DNA from: an uncultured Alphaproteobacteria bacterium
Lineage (GTDB): Bacteria > Pseudomonadota > Alphaproteobacteria > CAAHEQ01 > UBA3637
Reading direction: 5' to 3'
Assembly (NCBI GenBank): GCA_949292205.1
Contig: CASEYR010000001.1
Location: 155,530 to 219,529 of the forward strand
Length of the DNA: 64,000 bases
This document shows positions 30,755-40,942 of this stretch, piece after piece; within the stretch, counting starts at the first letter, position 1, and the number at the start of each line of letters is the position of its first letter. The position numbers were made by a program, and so were the translations under genes. The notes beneath the pieces were generated by a model. That model was not told where the DNA came from. It did no database searches and saw only the letters and a list, made by a program, of their open reading frames with translations.

Positions 30755-31609
30755 TTAATCTTCCAAGTCTTCCTGAATGGCGTATCCGCCGATTCGTCGC
30801 ATCATCTGAATATCATTTTTATGTCGTGCTTGGAATAAAATCATACGATCATCTTCCATTGTAACATATCCATGTAATTCTATGGCAAACAAATAAATCC
30901 GAGACAAATTATATGCCGGCCAAACTCCATCTACGGTAAAACCAACGTCTTCTAATAGCTTTTTTAAAGATGCCATACTAGTTTGACAAGACATTTCTAT
31001 TGCAAACAGCGATTTATCATTGCCCGTCGATTCAGCGGGAACGGTTGAAACAACAAAAGCCTCATTACTATGCAAATAATCCTTTGTTTTACCAAAAGGA
31101 AGTCGTGCCACAATCGCTAGATGCTTGTGCTCCGGAGAAGATAGCGCCGTCCACCATGAATCCTCAGATTGTTCAAACAAAGGTAAGACAGCTACACCTG
31201 CCCCCTTTGTGCTAATCTTTTGAATAGCCTGTGCCGTTGAAATACAGGATAAGTAACTAGCATCTGACCCAAAGTAGTTTTTAGCTAAATCCATCATCTC
31301 GTGCGATCGCTCTTTCGTGTAAACGGCAATACTAAATGGATGACACATCTGAGCCCCTGCCGAGATAATTTCACGCCAAATCTGAACTAGAGCACGTGAA
31401 CGAATAAACTTTTGTTTCTGCTTGAGAAGACGCCTTAAACTGAGCGCTTCACGATCAGGATCATATGATAACGTCCCTTTCGGCAGATGACGTGTTGCAT
31501 ACAATTTCTCACTAACCCGAAAACGGTCCTCTAATGCTTTCAGAATAGAAGCATCAATTTCATCCATTTGCTTTAAAAGAGAGTCAACAGATTTTCGGGT
31601 GTCCGTCAT
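30755..31609 (-). CDS. chorismate-mutase/prephenate-dehydratase-like protein (diverged PheA-like)
   Basis: N-terminal chorismate-mutase-like helix (DEIDASILKALEDRFRVSEKL); PDT and ACT-like regions poorly conserved. Confidence 0.35.
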   Translation of the reverse strand: MTDTRKSVDSLLKQMDEIDASILKALEDRFRVSEKLYATRHLPKGTLSYDPDREALSLRRLLKQKQKFIRSRALVQIWREIISAGAQMCHPFSIAVYTKERSHEMMDLAKNYFGSDASYLSCISTAQAIQKISTKGAGVAVLPLFEQSEDSWWTALSSPEHKHLAIVARLPFGKTKDYLHSNEAFVVSTVPAESTGNDKSLFAIEMSCQTSMASLKKLLEDVGFTVDGVWPAYNLSRIYLFAIELHGYVTMEDDRMILFQARHKNDIQMMRRIGGYAIQEDLED

Positions 31610-31610
31610 C

Positions 31611-32054
31611 TTAATTCCCCTTTAAATTACGAGACATAGAGATATCAATTAAAATCGCTGTCGTTGTATCCGTTTCAGAAGTTAACCGAATCGTAGCAAT
31701 TCGATTATCTTTTAAAAATGTCAGAAAACTGTTATCCGAACGAACCGCTGTCATTTCTCGCCAACCGGTTTTCGGCATCTCTTGCAAATAAAAATCAAAT
31801 AATCCCGATTGCGCATATGGTGCCGAAAAAACCAAACGACCAATAAGTGGCTCACTACCAAATAATAAGGTCTTTTTGGAATCCATAATCGCTTTTTCCG
31901 GAACCGGAATCTCGTGTAATTGAGCGTAATTCGGAGCCGTCAAATTGCTTGAAAGATAAGTATCCGAAAAATCCGCTCGTTCATCGGAAGTAGAACAACC
32001 CGCCACCGCAACTGTTATTATTAATCCTAAACAAAAAGTAATTATCTCTTTCAT
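31611..32054 (-). CDS. lipoprotein, hypothetical
   Basis: Lipobox LIITVAVAGC. Confidence 0.5.
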   Translation of the reverse strand: MKEIITFCLGLIITVAVAGCSTSDERADFSDTYLSSNLTAPNYAQLHEIPVPEKAIMDSKKTLLFGSEPLIGRLVFSAPYAQSGLFDFYLQEMPKTGWREMTAVRSDNSFLTFLKDNRIATIRLTSETDTTTAILIDISMSRNLKGN

Positions 32055-32131
32055 GTATCTCCTTTCTGGTTTTACTCAGAATAATACTTTTCTCAATAAA
32101 GCGCAAGAAAAAACAAATTCTTCAGATCGTC

Positions 32132-33520
32132 CTATTTCTTATTTTTCTTTTGCCATTTCGGTATCCTTGGTTTGTCTGCATATGGATTTTCACGTTTACG
32201 CATATGAATGCGAATAGGAACTCCGACTAATCCAAACTGTTCTCGAATACCGTTTGATAAGTACCGTAAATACGATTCGGGCAGCTGATCCGGATTACTT
32301 GAAAAAATAACAAATGTCGGAGGACGCGCATTAACCTGTGTCATATACTTCATCGGAATACGACGACCATTTCGAGCAACCGGCGTTGGATGAGCCTCTG
32401 TCATTCGCTTTAAAAAGTCATTCATTTTATGAGTCGATACGCGCTTATTCCATAACTTATAAATATGGAAAACAGACGTCATCATAGGCTCAATTCCGTA
32501 TCCGGTTTTTGCCGAAATTGTTACAATCGGTAATCCTTTGACTTGTTGCAAAGAACTTTCCATTTTTTCCTTTAAATCAGAAAGCACTTGCCTTTGATTT
32601 TTGACCGAATCCCACTTATTTAAAGCGATAATTAACCCTCGCCCTTCATCCAATACTTTAGAAGCTATCATTAAATCCTGACGTTCCATCGGTTGATTGG
32701 CATCTAAAACTAAAACAACAACCTCGGCAAAATCTATTGTATTACGCGTATCCGCTGCCGAAATTTTTTCCAAATCATCTTCTACTTTACCATACTTACG
32801 TAATCCTGCTGTGTCGGTTAATAAAATCTGATTTCCTTTCCATTCCCAAGGAATGGTAATCGCATCACGCGTTACACCGGCTTCGGGACCAGTCAACAAC
32901 CGCTCCTTTCCTAACAACCGATTAATCAATGTTGATTTTCCGACATTCGGACGACCGACAATAGCCAGTTTTAGCGGTCTGTTTTTAGGAGAATCATCTG
33001 ATTCTTGTTCTCCCTCTTCTACTTTTTTTTCAACTTTTGGAAACAAAGGTTTTAAAAGCGCATATAGCTCTTTCATACCCAATCCATGCTCGGCAGAAAC
33101 AGCCAAGGGATCGCCTAGCCCCAACCGATAGAAATCTGCCAACATATGCTGTTGCATTTTTCCTTCACACTTATTTGCCAACAAAAAAACAGGCTTGTCA
33201 ACTTGGCGCAACTGATTAGCTAGCCGTGCGTCTAAACGCGTCATCTCGCCACGAGCATCAACCACCATTAAAATAATATCTGCCTCAGCCATAGCCATCT
33301 CTGTCTGTCGCCACATCGCCTCTGCCAACGATGTTGTTTCTTCTAACCCTGCCGTATCAATCAGACGAAAAGATAAATCTGATAAAGTGGCTTCGGCCTC
33401 TTTTCTATCTCGCGTTACACCGGGGCGATCATGAACGATTGCTAAACGCCGTCCACACAATCGATTAAATAAAGTTGACTTTCCAACATTCGTCCGTCCG
33501 ACAATCGCAATTGTTTTCAT
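32132..33520 (-). CDS. der: ribosome-associated GTPase Der (EngA)
   Basis: Two G-domains (GRTNVGKST, GRPNVGKST) plus KH-like C-terminus. Confidence 0.95.
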   Translation of the reverse strand: MKTIAIVGRTNVGKSTLFNRLCGRRLAIVHDRPGVTRDRKEAEATLSDLSFRLIDTAGLEETTSLAEAMWRQTEMAMAEADIILMVVDARGEMTRLDARLANQLRQVDKPVFLLANKCEGKMQQHMLADFYRLGLGDPLAVSAEHGLGMKELYALLKPLFPKVEKKVEEGEQESDDSPKNRPLKLAIVGRPNVGKSTLINRLLGKERLLTGPEAGVTRDAITIPWEWKGNQILLTDTAGLRKYGKVEDDLEKISAADTRNTIDFAEVVVLVLDANQPMERQDLMIASKVLDEGRGLIIALNKWDSVKNQRQVLSDLKEKMESSLQQVKGLPIVTISAKTGYGIEPMMTSVFHIYKLWNKRVSTHKMNDFLKRMTEAHPTPVARNGRRIPMKYMTQVNARPPTFVIFSSNPDQLPESYLRYLSNGIREQFGLVGVPIRIHMRKRENPYADKPRIPKWQKKNKK

Positions 33521-33529
33521 TTTTTTATC

Positions 33530-34795
33530 CTATTCATAAAAAAGCATATCACCGTCTTGGGTTGTTAAAATCAGAGCACCGTTTGCCGTAATAGCCTCAC
33601 CGAACAAAGCCTCTTGCTTATCTCGGCGAACTTCTTTCCCTGATTCTAAATCAAAAAAAACGACATCTCCTGATGATGATGTAACAACAGCATTATCACC
33701 AACCAATAAAGGCCCCTTCCAAACCATTTGTTTATCCGTTCCGAATAACTTTGTCTTCCAATAAATGTGACCTGTTTTTTTATCCAACGCCATTAATTCA
33801 TCTTGATTGGAAATCATCAGTAAAACATTTCCCGAAACGACAGGTGTTTCACGTCCCCCAACCTCAGCTGTAAATATGGATTGACCGTTTGACAGACGGT
33901 AGGCCCCAGTCTTACCGGCATTGCCGACAATATATACAATCCCGTTTTCAATAACCGGAGATGCCGTTACATGAGGCAAATCTAAGAACGGATTAAAAGT
34001 TCTTGCAGTCCACATTGTTTCCGTCCAAAGCATTACACCGGTTTCTATATCAAAAGCATTAACACGACCGCTTGTTGTCGGCATCACAACGACAGAACGG
34101 CTAATTGCCGGCACTCCCATTCCAAAAAAGTTTGTTGTTGTCGGCTCCCCTTTGTATTGCCACAAATCAGAACCATCAGATACCTTCAAAACAAATAAAT
34201 CATTATTGATAGATGAAACAAACAGCTTTCCTTTGTAAACAATCGGAGCTGAACGTAAAGGAGCATTTAACTCTCTTTTCCAGATAATATCACCTTTCTC
34301 AGAAACGGACACTATTAATCCATTTCCTGCAACTGCGAACAATCGACCGTCATCCCATGCCAATCCAACACTTTTAGATATCGTTCCTATAACTTTTGGT
34401 AACTTTATGCGTTGTATCTGTTTTCCTGTCGATAAATCGGTTACTTGCAGATTAAATGAACTATCTAAAGTATAAACTCGCCCACCAGCAACAACCGGAG
34501 TGGCTATTGTAACGGCATCTGATTCAACACCATCTCCAATAGAAACAGAGCGTGTCAATTTCAAATCATCAGACAAAAGAACTCTGCCACGATTATTAGC
34601 AGCATTCCCATAAGCCATTGGCCATGATTGACGAGCCAACGCCTTGGACAAATTCATACGCATCGATGTCGTAACGGGAGTAGCCTCTTGAGTAAAAACA
34701 ACACTTTGTCTACCTTCGGTCGGTGCGATTGCTCCTTTGTTTGAGCATGCCGACAGAAAAAGAGATAAACACAGGATTGTTGCTAATCGTTTCAT
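33530..34795 (-). CDS. bamB: outer membrane protein assembly factor BamB
   Basis: Lipobox LSAC, PQQ-like beta-propeller repeats; conserved yfgM-bamB-der order. Confidence 0.85.
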   Translation of the reverse strand: MKRLATILCLSLFLSACSNKGAIAPTEGRQSVVFTQEATPVTTSMRMNLSKALARQSWPMAYGNAANNRGRVLLSDDLKLTRSVSIGDGVESDAVTIATPVVAGGRVYTLDSSFNLQVTDLSTGKQIQRIKLPKVIGTISKSVGLAWDDGRLFAVAGNGLIVSVSEKGDIIWKRELNAPLRSAPIVYKGKLFVSSINNDLFVLKVSDGSDLWQYKGEPTTTNFFGMGVPAISRSVVVMPTTSGRVNAFDIETGVMLWTETMWTARTFNPFLDLPHVTASPVIENGIVYIVGNAGKTGAYRLSNGQSIFTAEVGGRETPVVSGNVLLMISNQDELMALDKKTGHIYWKTKLFGTDKQMVWKGPLLVGDNAVVTSSSGDVVFFDLESGKEVRRDKQEALFGEAITANGALILTTQDGDMLFYE

Positions 34796-35493
34796 TAAGA
34801 TCTAATCTCCATCAATAATCCGTTTAGTCGCTGTTTTGTTGGGGAGGAAATCTGTTTTTTTAGGGCTTCTTCTAGTACCTGAATGGCTTTTTCCGTTTGA
34901 TTTTCCCGAATATATAATAATGCCGATAACTCTGCCGCCGAAACCGAAAAGTCGTTATCACTTCTCATCATTGGCTGTAACATACTTTGTAATTTAGAGG
35001 CATCTCCACTCTCTAACTGATGTCCGACAACAGCTAGAGTCGCTGTGTAGCGTAATTGAATCGGTGCTTTTTCATTACTTGCTAATGCAGATAAAATAGA
35101 TAAGGCTTCATCTTGCCGATTAGATGCTAACAAAATACCCGCCGCTTCCATTTGAGCCAAATACTGATATCCCGTTTTTCCTTCTTCTGAAAGCAATTTC
35201 AACTGGGTAATTGCTTCCTCAGGCTTACCGGTATAAGCCGAAAACAATGCATTTTCATATTGATCCGACTCCCCCAATCGAACTTTTTGCCACCAAGAAC
35301 GATGAACTTCATATCCTATTGTCGCCAGTAAAACTGCAGTTATACCACCAATAATTACGAATCGATATTTCTGCCAAAATTGTATCAATTTTTCTTGTTG
35401 CAGTTCTTCATCTACCTCACGTTCAAAAATACGTTGTTGAATCTTCTCAACTTCATTTAGGGCAGTATTTGTTTTATTTTGTTCTTTTTTCAT
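34795..35493 (-). CDS. TPR membrane protein YfgM-like
   Basis: N-terminal TM, TPR-like C-domain, position upstream of bamB. Confidence 0.6.
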   Translation of the reverse strand: MKKEQNKTNTALNEVEKIQQRIFEREVDEELQQEKLIQFWQKYRFVIIGGITAVLLATIGYEVHRSWWQKVRLGESDQYENALFSAYTGKPEEAITQLKLLSEEGKTGYQYLAQMEAAGILLASNRQDEALSILSALASNEKAPIQLRYTATLAVVGHQLESGDASKLQSMLQPMMRSDNDFSVSAAELSALLYIRENQTEKAIQVLEEALKKQISSPTKQRLNGLLMEIRS

Positions 35494-35562
35494 GACTCAT
35501 TTCCTTTTTTTACATAACAGATGCTTGTCTTATAGCAAAAAAGCAACCATTTCGCAACGTTT

Positions 35563-36357
35563 TTATTTTTCTTTTTTCGGTAATTTACCTAAAATCGGCA
35601 AAATGATAGCTGTCGGCAAAATATTTCCCAACCATGCTCCGAAAGCCATTACGAACGGAAATGCCAAAACGGCCGGATTACGTGTCAATCTTCTACGAAT
35701 GATTTGGGCTGCTTTTGAAGCCTTCATTAAAAATGGCATATAAAATTCATTTTTATCCGTTAAAGGTGTTTCTATAAATCCAGGACAAATAACAGTTACT
35801 TTGATGTTATAGGGTGTTAGAGTTCCTCTTAACGCCTCACCCCACGCTTTGACACAAGCCTTGGACGCAGAATAAGCCGGGCAACTGGACATTCCGCGAT
35901 AACCGGCCATAGAACTGACAATTGCTATTTGTCCGGCCCCGCCTTGCTTCATCAGGTCTATCGTCGGCAAGACCGTATTCACTACCCCAAAGATATTCGT
36001 CCCGAAAATTGTCCGTGTACACCCTCCATTCTCCGGCGTTCCCAAAACTCCGCCTGAAACACCGGCATTTGCAATTACCAACTCTATCGGGCGAATCGCA
36101 TAAGCTTGCTCTAACGCTGTTTTAGTGGCTTCTTCATCAGTTACATCAAAAGCAAATGTATAGACTTCAGATCCTTTATCACGACATATGTCTGCTGTTT
36201 GATTCAATCGATCGCGACTTCTGCCACATAAAAATAATGTTATTCCTTTATCCGCATAAGCTGTGGCCAGCTCTCGACCAATACCGCTGGATGCCCCTGT
36301 AATAAAGATAGACTGCGGCTTTTTATAACAGTCGGGATGAACAATCTTTTGAGTCAT
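35563..36357 (-). CDS. SDR-family oxidoreductase
   Basis: TGASSGIGRELA Rossmann motif. Confidence 0.85.
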   Translation of the reverse strand: MTQKIVHPDCYKKPQSIFITGASSGIGRELATAYADKGITLFLCGRSRDRLNQTADICRDKGSEVYTFAFDVTDEEATKTALEQAYAIRPIELVIANAGVSGGVLGTPENGGCTRTIFGTNIFGVVNTVLPTIDLMKQGGAGQIAIVSSMAGYRGMSSCPAYSASKACVKAWGEALRGTLTPYNIKVTVICPGFIETPLTDKNEFYMPFLMKASKAAQIIRRRLTRNPAVLAFPFVMAFGAWLGNILPTAIILPILGKLPKKEK

Positions 36358-36400
36358 AATGGTCTCCTTAAAAAAATTTAAAAATCTTTCATTTTTTCTC

Positions 36401-36428
36401 TTGACAATTTATTCTAAATGAGTATAAT
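36401..36428 (+). promoter_or_regulatory. sigma70-like promoter for tRNA-Leu
   Basis: TTGACA, 16-nt spacer, TATAAT, about 26 nt upstream of the tRNA. Confidence 0.45.
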
Positions 36429-36454
36429 GCAAATGTCTAGCAAAAAAAACACAT

Positions 36455-36541
36455 GCCTCTGTGGCGAAATTGGTAGACGCGACAGACTCAAAATCTGTTG
36501 ATGGCAACATCATGCTGGTTCAAGTCCGGCCAGAGGTACCA
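36455..36541 (+). tRNA. tRNA-Leu (anticodon CAA), long variable arm
   Basis: Acceptor gcctctg/cagaggt (G1-U72), anticodon stem acaga/tctgt with loop ctCAAaa, variable arm, T-arm, encoded CCA. Confidence 0.9.
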
Positions 36542-36767
36542 AAACATACAACCGTTTCGATTGGGATGGTTTTTTTGTTGTTTTGCAAGTGTTTGTATGG
36601 GTTCGATGAACACCCCTTTCGAAAGTGCTAAATTTCGTAAATCATCGAACTCTTAAAATTAAATCCATTATCCATCAATAGCTTGAAAAAGTTTCAAGTC
36701 CGATAAAGGTTCCAAGAATTAACAGAAACTTGAAATAAAAAAAGACCGAATCAATATTGTATATGAC

Positions 36768-37493
36768 TTATTTATAAATATGAACGGCATAAAATAAATT
36801 AATATCCATAGAGGATATTTTAAATGGCCACCACTTTTCTTGTCGATTCGGAAAAGCATAACGGATAATGGCTATTAAATTATTAATGGCATTTACATGT
36901 TCTAAAGCCATAAATAAATCATATTCTTGCAACCCATTTGTATGTGCACGGTTTCTGGCTGATACAAAACGTCCAAAACGCCAGGCAACACCCGGATCAC
37001 ATGGTAATAAAATAGAGATAACTCCCCCCGGCTTTAAAACGCGATTCCATTCTTTTAAAACTTGCTCTGGGTGGTGGAGATGTTCTAAGACATGGGCAGC
37101 AATCAAACGATCAACACTATCATTTTCAAAAGGAAGTTCCGTGTTACCCTGTTCACATAATTGAATCTCAACTTTGGGAAAAGTCTTCTTTTGTAAATGA
37201 GAAATAACCTCTTTGTTAGAATCTGTCATAATATACTTTGAATATGTATGCCTGACAAACGGCAAATGGTGACCCAATCCAGCACCTATTTCTAAAACAG
37301 TTTCAAATTTATCTTTTTCACCAAAAGCCGATTCCAATAATTTATGAGACTGACGCATACAAAAAGGCATCAAGCCTTTTCCATAAACAGCCTCATTATA
37401 GCCATTAGCGTAATAATCTGTAAAGTCTGGAAATTCTTTCATGTTATTCTCTTTATTCATTCTAATTACTCTGCTTAGAGATGAGTACTTCAT
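36768..37493 (-). CDS. class I SAM-dependent methyltransferase
   Basis: Motif I VLEIGAGLGHHL; the true start may be an internal Met (37460 or 37442). Confidence 0.8.
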   Translation of the reverse strand: MKYSSLSRVIRMNKENNMKEFPDFTDYYANGYNEAVYGKGLMPFCMRQSHKLLESAFGEKDKFETVLEIGAGLGHHLPFVRHTYSKYIMTDSNKEVISHLQKKTFPKVEIQLCEQGNTELPFENDSVDRLIAAHVLEHLHHPEQVLKEWNRVLKPGGVISILLPCDPGVAWRFGRFVSARNRAHTNGLQEYDLFMALEHVNAINNLIAIIRYAFPNRQEKWWPFKISSMDINLFYAVHIYK

Positions 37494-37550
37494 CCCCGAT
37501 GCTCAATTATATTTTTCCCCTGTTTCAATTAGATACCTTTTCTGATTTGA

Positions 37551-37646
37551 CATAAACTTCCACTCGCTAACGCAAGTGGTGTTATCTGTTCCGAACGACG
37601 TTCGCCCAGCCCAAAAGCTTCGCAAGCCTAACGGCTGGGCTGGTAT
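37551..37646 (-). repeat. structured intergenic repeat family, copy 3 (5'-truncated, reverse orientation)
   Basis: Reverse complement matches copy 1 from ataccagcccagcc... to ...gcgagtggaagtttat, lacking the first hairpin and the 9-nt duplication. Confidence 0.6.
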
Positions 37647-38496
37647 GTTAAAACATCATAAGATAAGATGGATCATGTCTCTTTTGACTCCTCATGATTG
37701 ATGGTTTAAATTAAATATAGAAATGAGTATATAAATACTTTTTTTAAAATGCAAGCAAAAAGTATTATCTCCTTATTTTTAGAGTTTTCAATGACATTGA
37801 TTAAAAACACGCGGTACATCCCTATACAATATCCTTTAAAGGTATATCCATAGCGTTATAGATATAAAGTTTTACAAAAATAAATATTAAAAAACTCCAA
37901 AAGAGTATCTTTTTCGTTTTTCAGGAAAGATGATTATAAGGAGATTTACGAATTGTGATACCCGTTAAAATCAATCCGAAATGGTTTTTTTTATTGTTTT
38001 ACAATTGGTTGTGTGGATTCGATAATTACCCTTGTAGAAAGAGTATATAGCTGTAAATTATCAAACTTTTGGGGTGTGTTTTTTGTAAAAAAATAAGTGG
38101 GATTAGCTTAAAAAAGTTGATATTTTTTTTATTTCTTGTTAAAATTGACTACCAAGATTTTATTACATCAAATATCACAAGAGGCACTATGAACCATTGG
38201 ACAGAACTAAGTATTGAATACGCAAATCAGAAAAGTTACTTAGATGATCTTTTCTCTGTTTATCCAACTATTCCAAAGGGTATTAGGGATATTAACCAGT
38301 TGATGTGGAACAAAGTTGAAACTTTTGTAATGAACGGAATAATGAGGAACTTGTAACTTCTTGTCATAAGGGCAGGTTTAGATGAATTGTTCAAATTGTG
38401 ATTGAAAGGAAAGGCTTTCAATTAAACGATATAAATCATCAATTTCTTTGAAATGATTAGCTCGGTATTCGCAAAGCACGCTGTACCAAAAATTGT

Positions 38497-38523
38497 AACC
38501 ACTCGTTCAGAGTGGTTTTTTTG
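38497..38523 (+). terminator. rho-independent terminator-like hairpin
   Basis: aaccactc-gttcag-agtggtt followed by a T7 run. Confidence 0.5.
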
Positions 38524-38537
38524 TATTAGTTGGATAT

Positions 38538-38612
38538 CTGGTGACATACTACCGCTTGGATTCTAGTGACATACTACCGCTTGGATTCTGGTGACATACT
38601 ACCGCTTGCCAC
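38538..38612 (+). repeat. 3 x 25-bp perfect or near-perfect tandem direct repeats (iteron-like) upstream of pilin-like gene
   Basis: ctggtgacatactaccgcttggatt / ctagtgacatactaccgcttggatt / ctggtgacatactaccgcttgccac. Confidence 0.8.
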
Positions 38613-38903
38613 ATCTATATAAAAGGAATCTTTTGACAATCTATTTCCTTAACACCCCATTTCCTTGATTCCGTTGCCCAATTGGCTGACGTTAAGTTAA
38701 TATCTTTTGATTAACTATTATTAAGCAGAATTTTCATAATCTGCTCTTTTCTGACAAATCGTATTGTTGAAATCCGATCGTTCCATAAAAATGGAACTAT
38801 AACAAATTCTTTTTAATAAATGAATCTAAACATCACAAATCTATTGACTTTCAAAATGGTTTATGACATTATGAAAAAAAGTATTAACGGGGAGTATTTT
38901 GTT

Positions 38904-40322
38904 ATGCGTAAAGAACAAATCAGTATGGAATCCGGACGGAGTATGGTTGAGGTCTTGGGTGTTCTGGCTTTGGTCGGATTACTGACGATTATGGGAATTA
39001 TCGGCATATTCTTTGCCATTGACAAAAATATGGCTAATACCATTGTTCACGATTCAAAAATTGCTTTTATGGAGATGAAAACGCCGTCAACAAAACCCTC
39101 TTTAGAGTGGAGCTCTATTTTATTCCAGCCGGTTTCCCAAAAAACAATGACCGTTCGTCGTGATTTTTTAGGGCGAGATTTTGTAAAAGCCGACAATATA
39201 GACCAAGGCGTTTGTAGACAAATGCTGAGTATGCGGGTTGAAAATGTCTTGAACTTTTACAACTTGGATAATACCGAGATGACTTCGTGTCTTGAAACAA
39301 ATGATATTATTATAGATTGGAATGGATTTGGTCCCCCTGCCGTTTGTCAAACCGTGTCGGATTGCGATGTTCCGAATGAACCGCCTTTTGAAGGAATCTG
39401 CTCTGATCAGGGACAATGCCAAGCTTGCCCCACCTATCAAAAACCAAACGCGAATCGCACAGCGTGTGTTTGTGATCCGGAACAAGCCGTCACTTGCACC
39501 TTAAATCAGGAAAATTGGTGTTGCGGTCCGGATTTGATTTGTGGCGATACTGTCGGCGAATGTATTGAGTCAAACTATACATGTGCCTATAACTTTTACC
39601 CGAACGGAGCACCCGGCACAATCTTTTACACAGATTGTAGTTATGTCGTTTCCGATCAAAACAATGTGTCGGAATATGGCGGGGATTGCACCTATGTCAT
39701 TCAAGAAACCGGAGATTCCAACAAGTGGGTAGACGGCACGGGAACAGAGCAAACGATTTACAAACCAGCCTCCGGCAATCGTTTTGCAACAGCCGGAAAA
39801 GGATGTCCCGCCAATCAATATTGTGCCGTTTTATGGGTTGACGATGACGGCGTTTGGAAGGCCGGTGAAACCAAAACGGCTCCTAACAATGCAACCGGTG
39901 TTTTATGGGGAAAATGTCAAATGTTATCTTCCTATGACCAAACCCCTATCACAAAATACAAAAACGGTTACGGCTTGGTAACGGTTAATCAGGGATGTCC
40001 GGCAGATCAATACTGTGCCGTTTTATGGACGTTACAGGAATGGACACCCGATATACAAACGCCAAAGGCCCCCAATGATGCAACGGGTATTTTATACGGG
40101 CGGTGCCAAATGTTATCTGCCTATGAACAAGAACCGTTATCCAAAAATGAAGCCGGAAACACCCGTTATCAAGTGGTTCAGGGATGTCCCGCCAACACCT
40201 ATTGCTATCTGAATTGGGAAACGGATACCGATTGCACCACCGTTTCCAACGATAAAACAGGGACAATTTATGGGGCCTGTGCCCAACTGAACAGTCGAGG
40301 AACTTGCCCGTATGAGAAATAA
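38904..40322 (+). CDS. prepilin-like N-terminus, Cys-rich secreted protein with three ~60-aa internal tandem repeats
   Basis: GGGGAG RBS; MRKEQISMESG|RSMVEVLGVLALVGLL (Gly then Glu at +5, hydrophobic helix; Flp/type IV prepilin-like, atypical Arg at +1); repeats QGCPAxQYCAVLW...NxATGxLxGxCQMLSxYxQxP; stop overlaps avd start. Confidence 0.55.
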   Translation: MRKEQISMESGRSMVEVLGVLALVGLLTIMGIIGIFFAIDKNMANTIVHDSKIAFMEMKTPSTKPSLEWSSILFQPVSQKTMTVRRDFLGRDFVKADNIDQGVCRQMLSMRVENVLNFYNLDNTEMTSCLETNDIIIDWNGFGPPAVCQTVSDCDVPNEPPFEGICSDQGQCQACPTYQKPNANRTACVCDPEQAVTCTLNQENWCCGPDLICGDTVGECIESNYTCAYNFYPNGAPGTIFYTDCSYVVSDQNNVSEYGGDCTYVIQETGDSNKWVDGTGTEQTIYKPASGNRFATAGKGCPANQYCAVLWVDDDGVWKAGETKTAPNNATGVLWGKCQMLSSYDQTPITKYKNGYGLVTVNQGCPADQYCAVLWTLQEWTPDIQTPKAPNDATGILYGRCQMLSAYEQEPLSKNEAGNTRYQVVQGCPANTYCYLNWETDTDCTTVSNDKTGTIYGACAQLNSRGTCPYEK

Positions 40323-40710
40323 TGAGGTTCTGCCCATTTACATAGAGGCCTATAACCTAACCCAGGATATTTTTAAGAAAACCGTCAAGTTTCCAAAAGA
40401 ATACAAATTTTTACTGGGAACACAGTTGAACGAGGCATCAATAGAGCTATGCTGCCTGATAACCAACACCGCCAGAGCGGCTCAAAAATCAGTGTTGTTG
40501 GAAGGTATTTTAAACCAGTTGGATAAAATAAAAATTGAATTCAGACTCTGTGCGGATTTTAAACTGTTAAGCAACCAACAACAGGCATCCATAGCCACAC
40601 GTTTAGAGAAAATAACGGGACAAGCGATTGCCTGGTTGAAAAGCGAAAGGAGGAAACAATCCATAACAAGTATGCCGGAGTCAGGAACAACTCCGAGTTA
40701 TCCTGAGTGA
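40312..40710 (+). CDS. avd: accessory variability determinant (Avd)-like small protein
   Basis: 132-aa predicted helical basic protein immediately upstream of TR and RT, as in DGR avd-TR-brt cassettes. Confidence 0.55.
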   Translation: MRNNEVLPIYIEAYNLTQDIFKKTVKFPKEYKFLLGTQLNEASIELCCLITNTARAAQKSVLLEGILNQLDKIKIEFRLCADFKLLSNQQQASIATRLEKITGQAIAWLKSERRKQSITSMPESGTTPSYPE

Positions 40711-40808
40711 GCATTTTATTTTTTAATTTTAAAAGGGTCGATCACCGCCTTTTGATGGTAAACACAATAGAATCGACTGGTACCTTGGGCGAAGTCCCGA
40801 AAACAGGG

Positions 40809-40917
40809 CGTGCCCAGTGCAAATAATGCATATAACGTGAATCTTTCTTCCGGTGCGGTCAACAACAACAATCGTGACAACAACAACACCGCCCTCTGCG
40901 TTGGATTCTGAGCTTTT
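40809..40917 (+). other. DGR template repeat (TR), 109 bp, adenine-rich (AAC/AAT codon runs)
   Basis: Matches reverse complement of 42538-42646 at 98 of 109 positions; all 11 mismatches are A in TR. Confidence 0.85.
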
Positions 40918-40942
40918 GAAATTAAAATAGCATGATATTATT

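Noticed and set aside
36561-38075. The ~90-bp duplicated segment (36561-36660 and 37984-38075) as precise attL/attR of an island
   Set aside because: It has only about 70% identity and does not include the tRNA 3' end. It is recorded as weak support for an old insertion rather than annotated as att sites.
38538-38612. Possible CRISPR array
   Set aside because: The three 25-bp repeats are directly contiguous with no spacers, and no cas genes are nearby; it is an iteron-like tandem repeat.
38904-40322. Pilin-like Cys-rich gene as the DGR target (it sits in the classical target position upstream of avd)
   Set aside because: Its 3' end (40200-40322) has no meaningful similarity to the TR. Its three internal repeats differ at non-adenine positions as well, so the variation is ordinary divergence. 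The true VR was found at 42538-42646 on the opposite strand.
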